IMG/VR virus record: IMGVR_UViG_3300022554_000033
Direction: 5' to 3' (one strand)
Source of the DNA: a virus
Length of the DNA stretch: 30,377 nt
The notes beneath the pieces were generated by a model. The model was not told the origin of the DNA. It was given only the letters and a program-made list of their open reading frames with translations, and searched no databases. The translations under genes were made by a program, and so were the position numbers. Shown in pieces: positions 5,126 to 14,007 of this stretch (the first letter of the stretch is position 1; every line of letters starts with the position of its first letter).

Positions 5126-5632
5126 TCACGGCAGCTTGATGACTCGGAAGAACGGCGAATAACGACTCACGTATAACATATCCAAATTTCCCCCGCTGCT
5201 TTGGTAACCCATCATGGTGAGATAATCACCGGCGTCGAGTTTACTCAGACAGGCAATGGATATCCATGTGGCACCACTGGACTGGGCATTTCGCCCGTCA
5301 ACTGCCAGGAGTGTAGCGCCATTTAATTGAATCATAAGCCCACGCATCCCTGTCGTGTTTGCCGCAAATACCAGATGCCCAGTTGCCAGATACCAGCCCC
5401 CCAGAGGTGCAATAACTCTCTCCGTGTTGATGCTTGTCGAGTGCATCCCGTAAGGATCCGACATTTCGCTGTTGAAAGTCAACGTTTGCCAGTTTCCCGT
5501 GTTGGTGTGAATGATGTTGGCATTGTTATATACATCACATGCAATCACCGGTTGCTCGCGCGTTTCCAGTTCTGCCAGCTTGCCCTGCAGCTCGTCAATC
5601 TCACGTTGTATTTGTATCAAGATGTCCCGCAT
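5126..5632 (-). CDS. Tail fibre / receptor-binding protein with N-terminal coiled coil and C1q/TNF-like beta head
   Basis: A QIQREIDELQGKLAELE coiled coil is followed by a beta-rich 130 aa region (APLGGWYLATGHLVF, LMIQLNG, DAGDYLTM) resembling C1q-type jelly-rolls. It is the last gene of the tail module. Confidence 0.55.
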   Translation of the reverse strand: MRDILIQIQREIDELQGKLAELETREQPVIACDVYNNANIIHTNTGNWQTLTFNSEMSDPYGMHSTSINTERVIAPLGGWYLATGHLVFAANTTGMRGLMIQLNGATLLAVDGRNAQSSGATWISIACLSKLDAGDYLTMMGYQSSGGNLDMLYVSRYSPFFRVIKLP

Positions 5633-5633
5633 A

Positions 5634-6725
5634 CTAACCTAATACTCTGAAATTTCCACTTATATCCAATCCGTTTTCGTCAATCTTGATTTCAACTCGG
5701 GTTACCAGGACATTAAATGAGCTCCCCTGATACTCAACAATCACTACATCACCCAATCCCCACTCGATACCATAACGGATTGAGTCACTGTTACGCAGTG
5801 TTCCGTTAAGCTTAACCTGTGGCTTCCCTGCATTCAGCGCCGAATATGCTTTTGCCTGCACTCCTGTAGTGCTTTTTTCGTTGCGCGCATCGGTAAAAGT
5901 TTCGCGCCGATTCCATGGGCTGCTTTTGACCCTGCTCACATCTTGCACCTCTACAATCACGCGGTTGCTGCCTTCCCCTTGCCCGCCGGCATAGATATAG
6001 TTCACTTCATTGCTCCAATCGTATTCCAGCGATGGATTATCCAGATTCCCCCATGATTTACCGAAATATACTTCTCTGCCGCTCCCTGCTCCACGATCGT
6101 TGCTTGGTTGCCCGGTATAAGTCATAAAAACATAACTGGCACTCGATTGCAAGCTCGGCTGTAAATTGAAAAATAACCGCGTCCCGTTTTCCTCGCTCAC
6201 CGCGCAGATATCCAGCAATACTTGCATTAATGGTCGCCATGCAAATCCCTTTTCGATGATGGGCGCGTCGCTTAAATTCGCTCCTACGCTTAATCCGAGA
6301 GAACTCAAATTGCGCCCGGCGCTGGCGTCGCTGCCCAGATTATCCCTCACAATTTCTTTTAAGAGATCATCCGCGTAGCCACTCATGCTTGCCTGGCTGC
6401 TGTCTGCCGCATACGCAATGATGCGCCCGGTTAGCAAGTATTCCGGCGTGTAACAGGTGATCTTGACTCGTTCCTGCTCGTTTGCGTCATAATATAAAAT
6501 TTTCCGAATAAAACCAACTGTTTCCAATCTGGCTGACCCGCCGGTTGGAATATAGTCTATTTCAATAACTCGATCCAGCGCTAGAAAGTTTCGGTCAATC
6601 GTTGCCGCCGCGTCAATTGTAAATACCCCTACGCCGTTAACCACCCTGACAATGTGAAGACTGGTGAAATCCTCCAGCAGCTTGTCGCGCACCCCGAGTG
6701 GGCTGCACAACCAGATTTCAAACAT
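5634..6725 (-). CDS. Tail tip / minor tail protein (Tal- or Gp37-like)
   Basis: Position is directly after Dit. The N-terminus MFEIWLCSPLG... and the C-terminal YGIEWGLGDVVIV pattern resemble siphovirus Gp37-like tail proteins. The ATG at 6725 has GGGAG 8 nt upstream; the track start at 6740 is also possible. Confidence 0.55.
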   Translation of the reverse strand: MFEIWLCSPLGVRDKLLEDFTSLHIVRVVNGVGVFTIDAAATIDRNFLALDRVIEIDYIPTGGSARLETVGFIRKILYYDANEQERVKITCYTPEYLLTGRIIAYAADSSQASMSGYADDLLKEIVRDNLGSDASAGRNLSSLGLSVGANLSDAPIIEKGFAWRPLMQVLLDICAVSEENGTRLFFNLQPSLQSSASYVFMTYTGQPSNDRGAGSGREVYFGKSWGNLDNPSLEYDWSNEVNYIYAGGQGEGSNRVIVEVQDVSRVKSSPWNRRETFTDARNEKSTTGVQAKAYSALNAGKPQVKLNGTLRNSDSIRYGIEWGLGDVVIVEYQGSSFNVLVTRVEIKIDENGLDISGNFRVLG

Positions 6726-6726
6726 G

Positions 6727-9156
6727 TTACGCGCTCCCATCGATGCTCTCGTAGCGGTTAACCCATTGCAGGTAGGCTGTTATCGTTGGTGAACCGCTTT
6801 GTTGGACATAGAGACTCAAAAGATTGTCACCTGGCAGCAAGTAAAATTCTGCAAACTCACTGCCGCGTAGAACCTTATTCCAGATATTCCCGTAAATTGA
6901 TGAAAGCACTTTGCGTTTACCCTCGCTAAAATCAACGATTACGACTTCACTATCTTGCAGCGCTAGGTCAAACCATAGGGTAGCTCCAGTTGTTTCGTTC
7001 TTTAAAAACACCAGTTTTGCTGACGTCCCGCCCGAACGCTTGATCACCAGGCGCGGGTGTACCCGCGCCGTTCCTGTATTTGTATACAGGTCTGTCTTGC
7101 TGTATGTTGCTGTCCCACTGGTGCCAAAACCGATAAATATGTCACCCCGATACGTTGCGAGTCCAGTCCCGATCGGAGTTCCTGGCAATGTGATGTCCAG
7201 GTTTACCCAGCTGGAACCATTCCACGCCGCCAGCCGGCTTGCCGTTGCTAGTCCACCTGCCGACGTGAAATTACCACTGGCATACAGTACCCCATTTTGG
7301 TCAAAAGCCAGGTTGTAACAATCGCCGCCGCTCAAACCACTCCCCAGCGGGGTGAATGTTTGCCCATTCCAGCGGGCAATTTTACTGCATGATACGCCGT
7401 CAGCAGTTGTAAACTGCCCTCCAACATACACGTCTCCGTTTGGCGCAACGACAATGGGCATGCCCTGTCCATTGAGACCGGTCCCTAGCCCAGTGTAGGT
7501 AGATCCATTCCACTTGCAAATACGTGTCAATCCAATAGTTGTAAAACCGCCTGTCAGATATATGTCACCGTTTGGCGCCAGCGCCATCCCCAGCACCGGT
7601 CCATTTAGCGTGGAGCTTAATGATTGCCAGGCGGAACCGGTCCACCTGGCGAAATAATTGACCGTCACTCCGCCCGCCGTCGTGAATTCCCCGCCGACGT
7701 ATAAATATCCATCTTGACCAAACACCATGCAGCGTCCTGCAAGATTTAATCCTGTTCCCAGGGCGCTCCAGTTTGAGCCATTCCACACAGCGATCCGATT
7801 TGCCGAAACGCCGCCTGCGGTGGTAAACTCTCCACACGCGTAAACCTTGCCGTCCGCGCCAATGACAATGTCTTGCACCAAGCCGTTCATCCCAGAGCCG
7901 GCCGCGTACCATCGGTTATCATCAAAATCATAGTAGGCAATGTAATCCGCGTTCGCATCGCCGTTCCAGTTCAAGAACGACCCACCTACCCAGATCTGTT
8001 TCGGGTAGGAGAAACCCACATTGCTGCCAGATGGAACATTCTTATACGTAATAGCAATCGCCAAGACCGAGATCCCAGTCCCCGGGTTGGTCACTGCACT
8101 GGGCGTTATGCCGCTATTCCACATCTTATCTATCTTGGCTGCCAGGTATCTCAGGGTTGCACTGTCCTGTGTGATTAGGGAAAGAGCACTATCTGCTGTA
8201 TCATAAAAATAGGGATCGTACGCCGTCAGGCTTAATGCAATGTCTTGCCATGTCGGTATCAATAGCTTGCTGATTTCTCTGTCCACCACACAGCGCAGCT
8301 CAACCTCATTATTTCCGCCGTTGTAACGCAACGCCAGTGGTTCATCTCCCGGTGTCAGGTCATGCTTGACCGCATTAATCAAAACCGACCGCCGGCTGTG
8401 CTGCTCAGATTGCGATGATGCCAGCGCTCCCATGCTCAGTAAGAGAGAGCGCGGTACTGCACGCGCCCCCAAATACTCAGCTCCCGGAAGCAACGATCTC
8501 TGGCTCACCTGATGTTTTGATTCAACCATGCCCGCGCCGCTCACTTCTTTGACAAAAATGTTTAGGTTATCTAGATTGACTACTTGTCCTATCCTGCGGG
8601 CTTCCGGCTCGGTTGTTGATGTCGATCTGTGCGAAGTGCCGTCCCAGTGACAATGCTCGCTGTCGCCATCGAAATAAGTCACGTCATACGCCGAGTTTAC
8701 ACACAGTAACCCATCCACATAAAAGGGTGCCGTAGACGCCGAATTGTTTTTTGTGATATACAGACGATTGTTAATGCTCGTCAATCCGGGAGTGTATTGC
8801 ACGGAGTGACGTTCCCAGTTACCGGTCGCAACAAATTCTTTGGCTGTGCCTTGTAATGTTCCTGATGAGTTGGCGAAGTATATCCTGTAAGGCACACCAG
8901 CCTGACCTTTAATGTCCACACTGAAAACATATGGCTGGTCGCCGACAAATGCAATTGGACTGTAATAGACGCCGTCATATGCTCCGCTTGTCGGCGTCAC
9001 GGTTAAACTATATGCGCCGCGCCTGGCAGTACCGATCACTCGCGCAATACTCGCTCCCACAGCTGTGTAATTGAGCGTGCTCGCCTCCACGCTGGGATTC
9101 ACCACCAGGTTGGTGATCGCTTTACTATCCGGTACAACAATGCTCCATAATCCCAT
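6727..9156 (-). CDS. Elaborated distal tail protein (Dit) with N-terminal CBM-like module and inserted six-bladed beta-propeller
   Basis: It is immediately downstream of the tape measure gene. The C-terminal 115 aa (TARVHPRLVIKRSGG...LKNETTGATLWFD...VIVDFSEG...FYLLPGDNLL) fit the Sipho_tail/Dit C-terminal pattern. Residues 389-678 are six repeats of about 47 aa (GGxFTxAGG...IAxWNGxxWxxLGxGLNG...GxxYVGG). Residues 1-165 look like a galactose-binding-like CBM. Confidence 0.7.
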   Translation of the reverse strand: MGLWSIVVPDSKAITNLVVNPSVEASTLNYTAVGASIARVIGTARRGAYSLTVTPTSGAYDGVYYSPIAFVGDQPYVFSVDIKGQAGVPYRIYFANSSGTLQGTAKEFVATGNWERHSVQYTPGLTSINNRLYITKNNSASTAPFYVDGLLCVNSAYDVTYFDGDSEHCHWDGTSHRSTSTTEPEARRIGQVVNLDNLNIFVKEVSGAGMVESKHQVSQRSLLPGAEYLGARAVPRSLLLSMGALASSQSEQHSRRSVLINAVKHDLTPGDEPLALRYNGGNNEVELRCVVDREISKLLIPTWQDIALSLTAYDPYFYDTADSALSLITQDSATLRYLAAKIDKMWNSGITPSAVTNPGTGISVLAIAITYKNVPSGSNVGFSYPKQIWVGGSFLNWNGDANADYIAYYDFDDNRWYAAGSGMNGLVQDIVIGADGKVYACGEFTTAGGVSANRIAVWNGSNWSALGTGLNLAGRCMVFGQDGYLYVGGEFTTAGGVTVNYFARWTGSAWQSLSSTLNGPVLGMALAPNGDIYLTGGFTTIGLTRICKWNGSTYTGLGTGLNGQGMPIVVAPNGDVYVGGQFTTADGVSCSKIARWNGQTFTPLGSGLSGGDCYNLAFDQNGVLYASGNFTSAGGLATASRLAAWNGSSWVNLDITLPGTPIGTGLATYRGDIFIGFGTSGTATYSKTDLYTNTGTARVHPRLVIKRSGGTSAKLVFLKNETTGATLWFDLALQDSEVVIVDFSEGKRKVLSSIYGNIWNKVLRGSEFAEFYLLPGDNLLSLYVQQSGSPTITAYLQWVNRYESIDGSA

Positions 9157-9158
9157 GA

Positions 9159-11126
9159 CTACCCCGCTAACGCTTTCAGAAGCGCGAAATCTGTGATGAT
9201 GTCTCCCCTGTTGCCCGCCTCGTGGATGGTCAAGTTGTAGTTATAGACCATACTGCCTGTTGCAGCATACAACGCTCGGCTGGCTACGTTCACATTCTTG
9301 GTTATCCCAACCGCCATGCCCGCCATCATATTCTTGCCTATTTCGGCAAACACAGTAGATGGAGATTCGATCCCCAAAAATCCCTTGGCAGCCTCAAATG
9401 CCGCTTTAGCTGCCGCAATGGCAGCTTTCTTGATAATGTCTAGCGCCGCTGTAATGCCATCCGCCACACCCTGGATAATTGACTTTCCCACTGCTTTCCA
9501 GTCAGTGTTGCTGAATTTGTCTTTAATATCCTCGATCAAATTGCCGACAATCATTTTGAGACTATCCCACGCCAGCTTAAATACGCCTTCGATCTGCTGC
9601 CACATATCATTGACGATTTCCCTCAGTTTCTCGCCGAACAGCCTCCAGTCTCCTTCCTGCGCCGCTTTGAACGCATCGAATAAGGTTTTTACCTGATCTT
9701 TAAACCAGTTATAGATGCCAACCACTGCATCCCAAATTCCTTGCACTGTCCTCTTGATCTCCTCACCGTGTTGATCCCAGAACAATTTTACGGCTTCTAA
9801 AAACTTCGTCACGGCTGTTTTTATGATTTCAATCGCAGCATTAAAAGCACTTTTTGCATCCTCCCACAGCTTCCTCACTGTGGCAATCACTTCATCGCCG
9901 TGCTCTTGCCACCACTGGCGGATGTTGTTCAAAAATCCCTCGATATACGGTTTGATCCATTCGACGATCTCCATTGTCTTGTCGCGGATACCACCCCAGT
10001 TGCCAGACCATGCCGCGCCTAACATGGCAATTACGCCGATGATCAATGTGATTGGGTTAAACAGACTGGCAATTGCGCCTGCGATGGCGACAATCCCCGC
10101 CACAATCGCCCCGGCTGCCAACACCGCCGCTACCGCAATCAACGCCCCGCGAAATTCTTCCCAGTGTTCCTGTACAAACGGTATCAATGTCATATTTACG
10201 AAATCACTAATCTTTGTTGCGATAGTTGATATGCCATTGACTACATCCCAAATTGCATCGACCACTCTCTCGCTCAGTATGTTGGATAACGCCTCCATCA
10301 CCCCATTGATCAGCCCACCGCTTTCATAACCTTTCATAAACACATTCACCAGGGTTGTCACTCCCGCTGCAAATGCTTCGATATGCGGCACGATCGGGAT
10401 AATGACTTTTTCAAGCAAATCCTGCAGCAGCGGTAGCACCGCTGTGCCAACCCCCTCCGCCACATTACTAAGCGAGTTTTTCAGAATATCCAGTTGCCCG
10501 GCAAACGTTTTCCCCGCCGCCTCCGCGCTCCCGCCGAATTCACGCTGCAACTCTCCCAGGATTAGCTTCTGCGCCCCCATCACATCCCCCGCCGCGACCA
10601 TCTTTTCGATCATGGTCTTTTGCTCTTCGGTAAAACTTACCCCTACGCGGGTTAATGCCGTAATGCCTTTTACAGGATCGTTTAGAGCCTTGCCCAGTTG
10701 GATCGCGCTGCTTTTCAAATCCTGACCAAGTGCCTGGCTCATGTCGAGCATGACTTCGGTTGTATCTGGGAAAACATCTTTGCCGATGTTGGTAAACGTA
10801 AGTAAGATATTTTCTCCAGATAAGATTGCCTCATCTGAGAACCTGGTAACCTTACTGAGCGAATCCGCCAGCCCATTTGCCATGCCCGTTGTCACACCTG
10901 CCGCGCCCCCGGTCGATTCCAGCACTGCTGCAAGCTGCGCTTGCACCTCTTGGGCTTCCATTGCCTCCTTGACTGAGAATGCCAAACCACCCGCCAACGC
11001 GCCAGCCGCTGCAGTCGCCGCGCCTAAACCTATTGTCAGGATGCCCTTGCCGACGCTTCCCAGATCCCGAAAGACCTTGCTGGCTTGGTCATCAGCAGTA
11101 ATCAGGATTTCGAGTTTTTCCGTCAC
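9159..11126 (-). CDS. Tail tape measure protein
   Basis: The conserved TMP core (TRFSDEAILSGENILLTFTNIG...MLDMSQALGQDL...LGKALNDPVKGITALTRVGVSFTEEQ) is present. There are central hydrophobic/Gly-Ala segments and a long helical C-terminal half. The GTG start overlaps the TAG of the frameshifted chaperone. Confidence 0.9.
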   Translation of the reverse strand: MTEKLEILITADDQASKVFRDLGSVGKGILTIGLGAATAAAGALAGGLAFSVKEAMEAQEVQAQLAAVLESTGGAAGVTTGMANGLADSLSKVTRFSDEAILSGENILLTFTNIGKDVFPDTTEVMLDMSQALGQDLKSSAIQLGKALNDPVKGITALTRVGVSFTEEQKTMIEKMVAAGDVMGAQKLILGELQREFGGSAEAAGKTFAGQLDILKNSLSNVAEGVGTAVLPLLQDLLEKVIIPIVPHIEAFAAGVTTLVNVFMKGYESGGLINGVMEALSNILSERVVDAIWDVVNGISTIATKISDFVNMTLIPFVQEHWEEFRGALIAVAAVLAAGAIVAGIVAIAGAIASLFNPITLIIGVIAMLGAAWSGNWGGIRDKTMEIVEWIKPYIEGFLNNIRQWWQEHGDEVIATVRKLWEDAKSAFNAAIEIIKTAVTKFLEAVKLFWDQHGEEIKRTVQGIWDAVVGIYNWFKDQVKTLFDAFKAAQEGDWRLFGEKLREIVNDMWQQIEGVFKLAWDSLKMIVGNLIEDIKDKFSNTDWKAVGKSIIQGVADGITAALDIIKKAAIAAAKAAFEAAKGFLGIESPSTVFAEIGKNMMAGMAVGITKNVNVASRALYAATGSMVYNYNLTIHEAGNRGDIITDFALLKALAG

Positions 11127-11583
11127 TATTTACCCAAGTCCTTCTTCTGTTTCTCTGTTCGCATCCTGCTATACTCAGCCCAGCGGAACCACCAAGTGAG
11201 TTTGTCTCCGCCGGCGATTTCCCACGGCGGGCAGCTCCATTCTTCGGCGGCGACCAGGACAGATGCCCATAACGGACCGCTTCCCCCGCCGAAGATAGCG
11301 GCAATCAGCCGCCGCTTATCTCCGGGGGGACCGCTGTCGCTTGCAACTCCTTAATCTTGTCGCCCATCTGGTCAAACGTCGCTTTCAGCTCACCCAGGCT
11401 CAGCTTGCCAGCTAGGGCGAATGCCTCGGCATAATCCAAATATTGCCCGTCATCGCCAATGATGAAGCGCGCTACGAACTCTTTGACCTGCCGCGCTGGT
11501 AGTTTCGCCGTCCCCATTTCGTCCAGCATGATCAGGTCATCCAGCGTTATCCGGTTGGCATCCAGTTTGAGCTTGATTTCCAT
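11126..11583 (-). CDS. Tail assembly chaperone, -1 frameshift fusion product (gpGT-like)
   Basis: The -1 frame entered at 11323..11329 stays open for 65 codons (GDKRRLIAAIFGGGSGPLWASVLVAAEEWSCPPWEIAGGDKLTWWFRWAEYSRMRTEKQKKDLGK). It has no start of its own and ends in a TAG that overlaps the TMP GTG start. Confidence 0.6.
11305..11583 (-). CDS. Tail assembly chaperone (gpG-like), 92 aa
   Basis: Small acidic ORF between the tail tube and tape measure genes, which is the canonical position. Confidence 0.75.
   Translation of the reverse strand: MEIKLKLDANRITLDDLIMLDEMGTAKLPARQVKEFVARFIIGDDGQYLDYAEAFALAGKLSLGELKATFDQMGDKIKELQATAVPPEISGG
11323..11329 (-). other. Candidate -1 programmed ribosomal frameshift slippery heptamer C CCC CCG
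   Basis: The minus strand reads GTC CCC CCG GAG in the zero frame, 5 codons before the gpG stop. This fits X XXY YYZ. Confidence 0.5.
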
Positions 11584-12581
11584 TATGGCACCGTTACCAG
11601 TTCATTGACTACGACAATGTTGCCGAATGCAGCTTTTGTGGCATTGTATCGACCCCGGAATGTGCCGGTGATGATGTCATTGCCGTCGGCTTCAGCGATC
11701 TTGTCAAACTTCTCCCACTTGCCCGCTAGGTTGATAATCAGAGTCTTGTACGTATATGTCGTCCCAGGGGTTGCCAACGCGCTGCCCTCCGCTTTAAGCT
11801 GGATCAGGCGCGGCGTTTGATTGCGCCAGTTGACCTTCTCAGCAGCGGCAGTAGCGTCGTGCTCGAACGTGATGTCCAGGGTCGCTTCGGGCGGGGTAAG
11901 CTTGATGAATGAGAAATACAGGTTGCCGTCCGCGGTAAATACCGGCATCCAGCCTGTTTTAACTGTAAAGCTGGCTTCTAGTAGGGTATTGGACTTCAGT
12001 GTAGCACCAAAGTTGCCTGTCACTGCATCGATATATAACTTAGTCTTCGAGAACAGGATCTCCTCGACTATCGGCACACTCAACGACGTAGTAAAGGCAT
12101 TCAGAGCAACTTGTCGCCCCAACCAGGTGGCACCCATCATCCAAGCTTCACTGGCTTTACCTGTTAGATTCAGCTCAGAGACAAACGCGTATTCCATGCG
12201 TTCTGCTTCTTGGTCATCACCACCCTGAATGGTATACGTCTTGATCGTATTGGCAGTCGCAACCGGCAATGTATAATCGTAAATCTTACCCGATCCGCTG
12301 CCATCAGCAACACCAGTGCCAATCGCTTTGATACCCGCCTCCAGAATATGTGGCAGCTGCTCGAACGTCGCCTCGACAGATTCAAACTCGATGCTTCCCT
12401 GTAGTTTGGGCACATAAGACCGGTCCACGCCGGAGATATATCCGATGTCCTCTTCAACAAACTTCGTCTCACGCTGATCTTCTAGTGTTCCCATGCCGCG
12501 CCAGATCGTGGTCGCTGCTACCGGCGTTCCGGCAGTAGCTTCCCTTCCTAACTGGATTTTCCTCAACGCTTTGATGCTCAT
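11583..12581 (-). CDS. Major tail (tube) protein, 332 aa
   Basis: Position is immediately upstream of the chaperone pair. It is a beta-rich protein. The start overlaps the preceding gene by ATGA. Confidence 0.65.
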   Translation of the reverse strand: MSIKALRKIQLGREATAGTPVAATTIWRGMGTLEDQRETKFVEEDIGYISGVDRSYVPKLQGSIEFESVEATFEQLPHILEAGIKAIGTGVADGSGSGKIYDYTLPVATANTIKTYTIQGGDDQEAERMEYAFVSELNLTGKASEAWMMGATWLGRQVALNAFTTSLSVPIVEEILFSKTKLYIDAVTGNFGATLKSNTLLEASFTVKTGWMPVFTADGNLYFSFIKLTPPEATLDITFEHDATAAAEKVNWRNQTPRLIQLKAEGSALATPGTTYTYKTLIINLAGKWEKFDKIAEADGNDIITGTFRGRYNATKAAFGNIVVVNELVTVP

Positions 12582-12814
12582 TCTTCACCTCGCTTGTTTT
12601 CTTGTTCCGGCAGTCGCGCCTTGTTGGTGCTTCCCCCGGCGTTTGCTTTAATCTCAATATACAACCCGGAGCGCAGCAGGAATGACCTCAACGTATCACC
12701 CTTATGAATTATCAAGCCAAAAGCCTCACTCTTTTCAAGCTCAGTAAGGTCGAAGTCGCTCAAATCCCGCGCCGGTATCCCTGAATAAAAACCTGGTCCA
12801 ACATATTTCAGCAT
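12578..12814 (-). CDS. Hypothetical structural-module protein, 78 aa
   Basis: ORF coupled (ATGA) to the tail tube gene. No motif recognised. Confidence 0.55.
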   Translation of the reverse strand: MLKYVGPGFYSGIPARDLSDFDLTELEKSEAFGLIIHKGDTLRSFLLRSGLYIEIKANAGGSTNKARLPEQENKRGEE

Positions 12815-12822
12815 ATTGCCTC

Positions 12823-13224
12823 CTATACTAATGGCACTTTCACGTCCACTTCAAATCGGTAGCCGATTGTCTCAGCCCCGTTCCATTCCAGCCTGCCAAA
12901 TGTGCGTCGCACTTCAATCACACAACTTACTGAGCCTCCCAGAGTCGGATCGGCGATAAGTTGTTTCAAAAATGCGTCACGCATGCTCATCGCTTGTTCG
13001 ATGGCTCTTGGCAATAGCTGCCTGCTCACGTGCAGCTCAGTATAGATGGTGGCCAAATCATCCCCAAAACTTGCCGAGCGGACTACCAATCTGCCCGACC
13101 GTTCGTAGCTGACTGCAAATGGGAACACGTTGGCGCTTTCAGTTGGAGCGTTTGGTGCCGCCCGCATCCCGCTCAGGCTCATGGCTTTGGCCTGTAAATT
13201 TCCGATGGCATCATTCAGGCTCAT
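12823..13224 (-). CDS. Head-tail joining / tail terminator-like protein, 133 aa
   Basis: Size and position are between the connector and tail tube genes. There is a 4-nt overlap with the upstream gene. Confidence 0.5.
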   Translation of the reverse strand: MSLNDAIGNLQAKAMSLSGMRAAPNAPTESANVFPFAVSYERSGRLVVRSASFGDDLATIYTELHVSRQLLPRAIEQAMSMRDAFLKQLIADPTLGGSVSCVIEVRRTFGRLEWNGAETIGYRFEVDVKVPLV

Positions 13225-13838
13225 AGCGTCACTCGCTGGTATTTCGGTATCTCAAGCAAGCTAGCAATATCCGGATCTAACTTGGTGTAGCGGATTTGCC
13301 CCAGTTCCACGTTTGCCAGTGTGTCTTGATACGCGCCCTGACCGCGCTTGAACCAACGCACGGTTTGAATGATTGTCACCTGTTTAATTTCATCCGGCGC
13401 AGAGACCGAAAAGCCAAACGTACCAATGATCTTCACTGCCCGACGATATGGTGGCCATATTGATTTTGATCCACGTGGATTAATGTCAATCCGCACATAT
13501 GGTATCCCATCCAACAGCGCATTATCCGGCCATAGAAAATAGTCGCTAGCTGAGTAAAGGGTATAGCTTGACAAATCCCCGCTCTCTGCCACGCTTACCG
13601 AGGTAGGTGCTGCCGCTAGCTCGTCAATCCATAGTTCATCTGTGCCTGACCCCGTGTAATAACGCGTCTCATCGGTACTCACCGCAAACGCCCCCGGCTT
13701 GCGCTTGAGATGAGCGTCAATTGCCCGGCTAGCAGCAGTGATCAGCCGGTTGACAATCGCATCATACTCAGTATTCCAGAGACCGGTTTGCCCGTCGGTC
13801 AGTTGCTCTATGATCTCAGCCAGTGTGCAATAAGTCAT
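13221..13838 (-). CDS. Head-tail connector (gp6-like adaptor) protein, 205 aa
   Basis: The N-terminus MTYCTLAEIIEQL...YDAIVNRLITAASRAIDAHLKR fits the gp6-like head-tail connector pattern. SD AGAGGTG is present. Confidence 0.65.
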   Translation of the reverse strand: MTYCTLAEIIEQLTDGQTGLWNTEYDAIVNRLITAASRAIDAHLKRKPGAFAVSTDETRYYTGSGTDELWIDELAAAPTSVSVAESGDLSSYTLYSASDYFLWPDNALLDGIPYVRIDINPRGSKSIWPPYRRAVKIIGTFGFSVSAPDEIKQVTIIQTVRWFKRGQGAYQDTLANVELGQIRYTKLDPDIASLLEIPKYQRVTL

Positions 13839-13925
13839 GATTCACCTCTTCATGGGAACGGTTTTACGATCACCCGGCAAAACATGCCGCGTCTCCGTCC
13901 GCCGATGGTAGCGATGCAGGTCAAG

Positions 13926-13940
13926 TAATACTCAGTATTA
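13926..13940. repeat. Palindrome TAATACT-C-AGTATTA in the noncoding gap; its core ATACTCAGTATT is repeated at 13764..13775
   Basis: Both read directly. The 12-mer copies are 164 bp apart and straddle the connector gene start. Confidence 0.5.
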
Positions 13941-13964
13941 ATTGACAGTTTAGAACAATCCAAA

Positions 13965-14007
13965 GGCGGAGAGGGGGAACGCTCAGTAACGAGAACCCCC
14001 CCCCGCC
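13965..14007 (-). terminator. GC-rich imperfect hairpin, possible partial terminator after gene 14018..14404
   Basis: GGCGGAGAGGGGG...CCCCCCCCCGCC arms, followed on the minus strand by TTTGGATTGTT (a weak U-tract). Confidence 0.35.

Noticed and set aside
7565-7912. Same-strand alternative-frame ORF (115 aa) inside the Dit propeller region
   Set aside because: It is Arg/Trp-rich, a product of the repetitive GC-rich coding sequence. It has no initiation signals.
9222-11199. Long plus-strand ORFs antisense to the tape measure gene (for example 9298..9696, 9823..10329, 10402..10725, 10741..11199). Similar antisense ORFs lie in the portal, MuF, capsid and helicase genes.
   Set aside because: They are mirror-frame ORFs of strongly supported minus-strand genes. 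Their translations are Ser/Pro/Ala-rich, they lack SDs and they have no room for promoters.
11092-11304. 70-codon ORF exactly in frame with the gpG-like chaperone after its TGA stop, suggesting stop-codon read-through
   Set aside because: The translation is Arg/Ser/Gly-rich and low in complexity, and it runs past the tape measure start. The -1 frame gives a protein-like sequence that ends precisely at the TMP start and has a slippery heptamer. It is kept only as an alternative in the frameshift finding.
13764-13771. Apparent over-representation of the octamer ATACTCAG on the plus strand. I found copies starting at 2762, 8473, 11171, 13764, 13928, 18647, 19124 and 28610.
   Set aside because: All but the intergenic copy lie in minus-strand coding sequence, where they encode (Ala/Thr)-Glu-Tyr as nCT GAG TAT. 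This may reflect peptide or codon preference rather than a DNA motif. It needs a proper k-mer enrichment test against a codon-shuffled control, which I cannot run. Only the intergenic palindrome and its 12-mer twin are reported.
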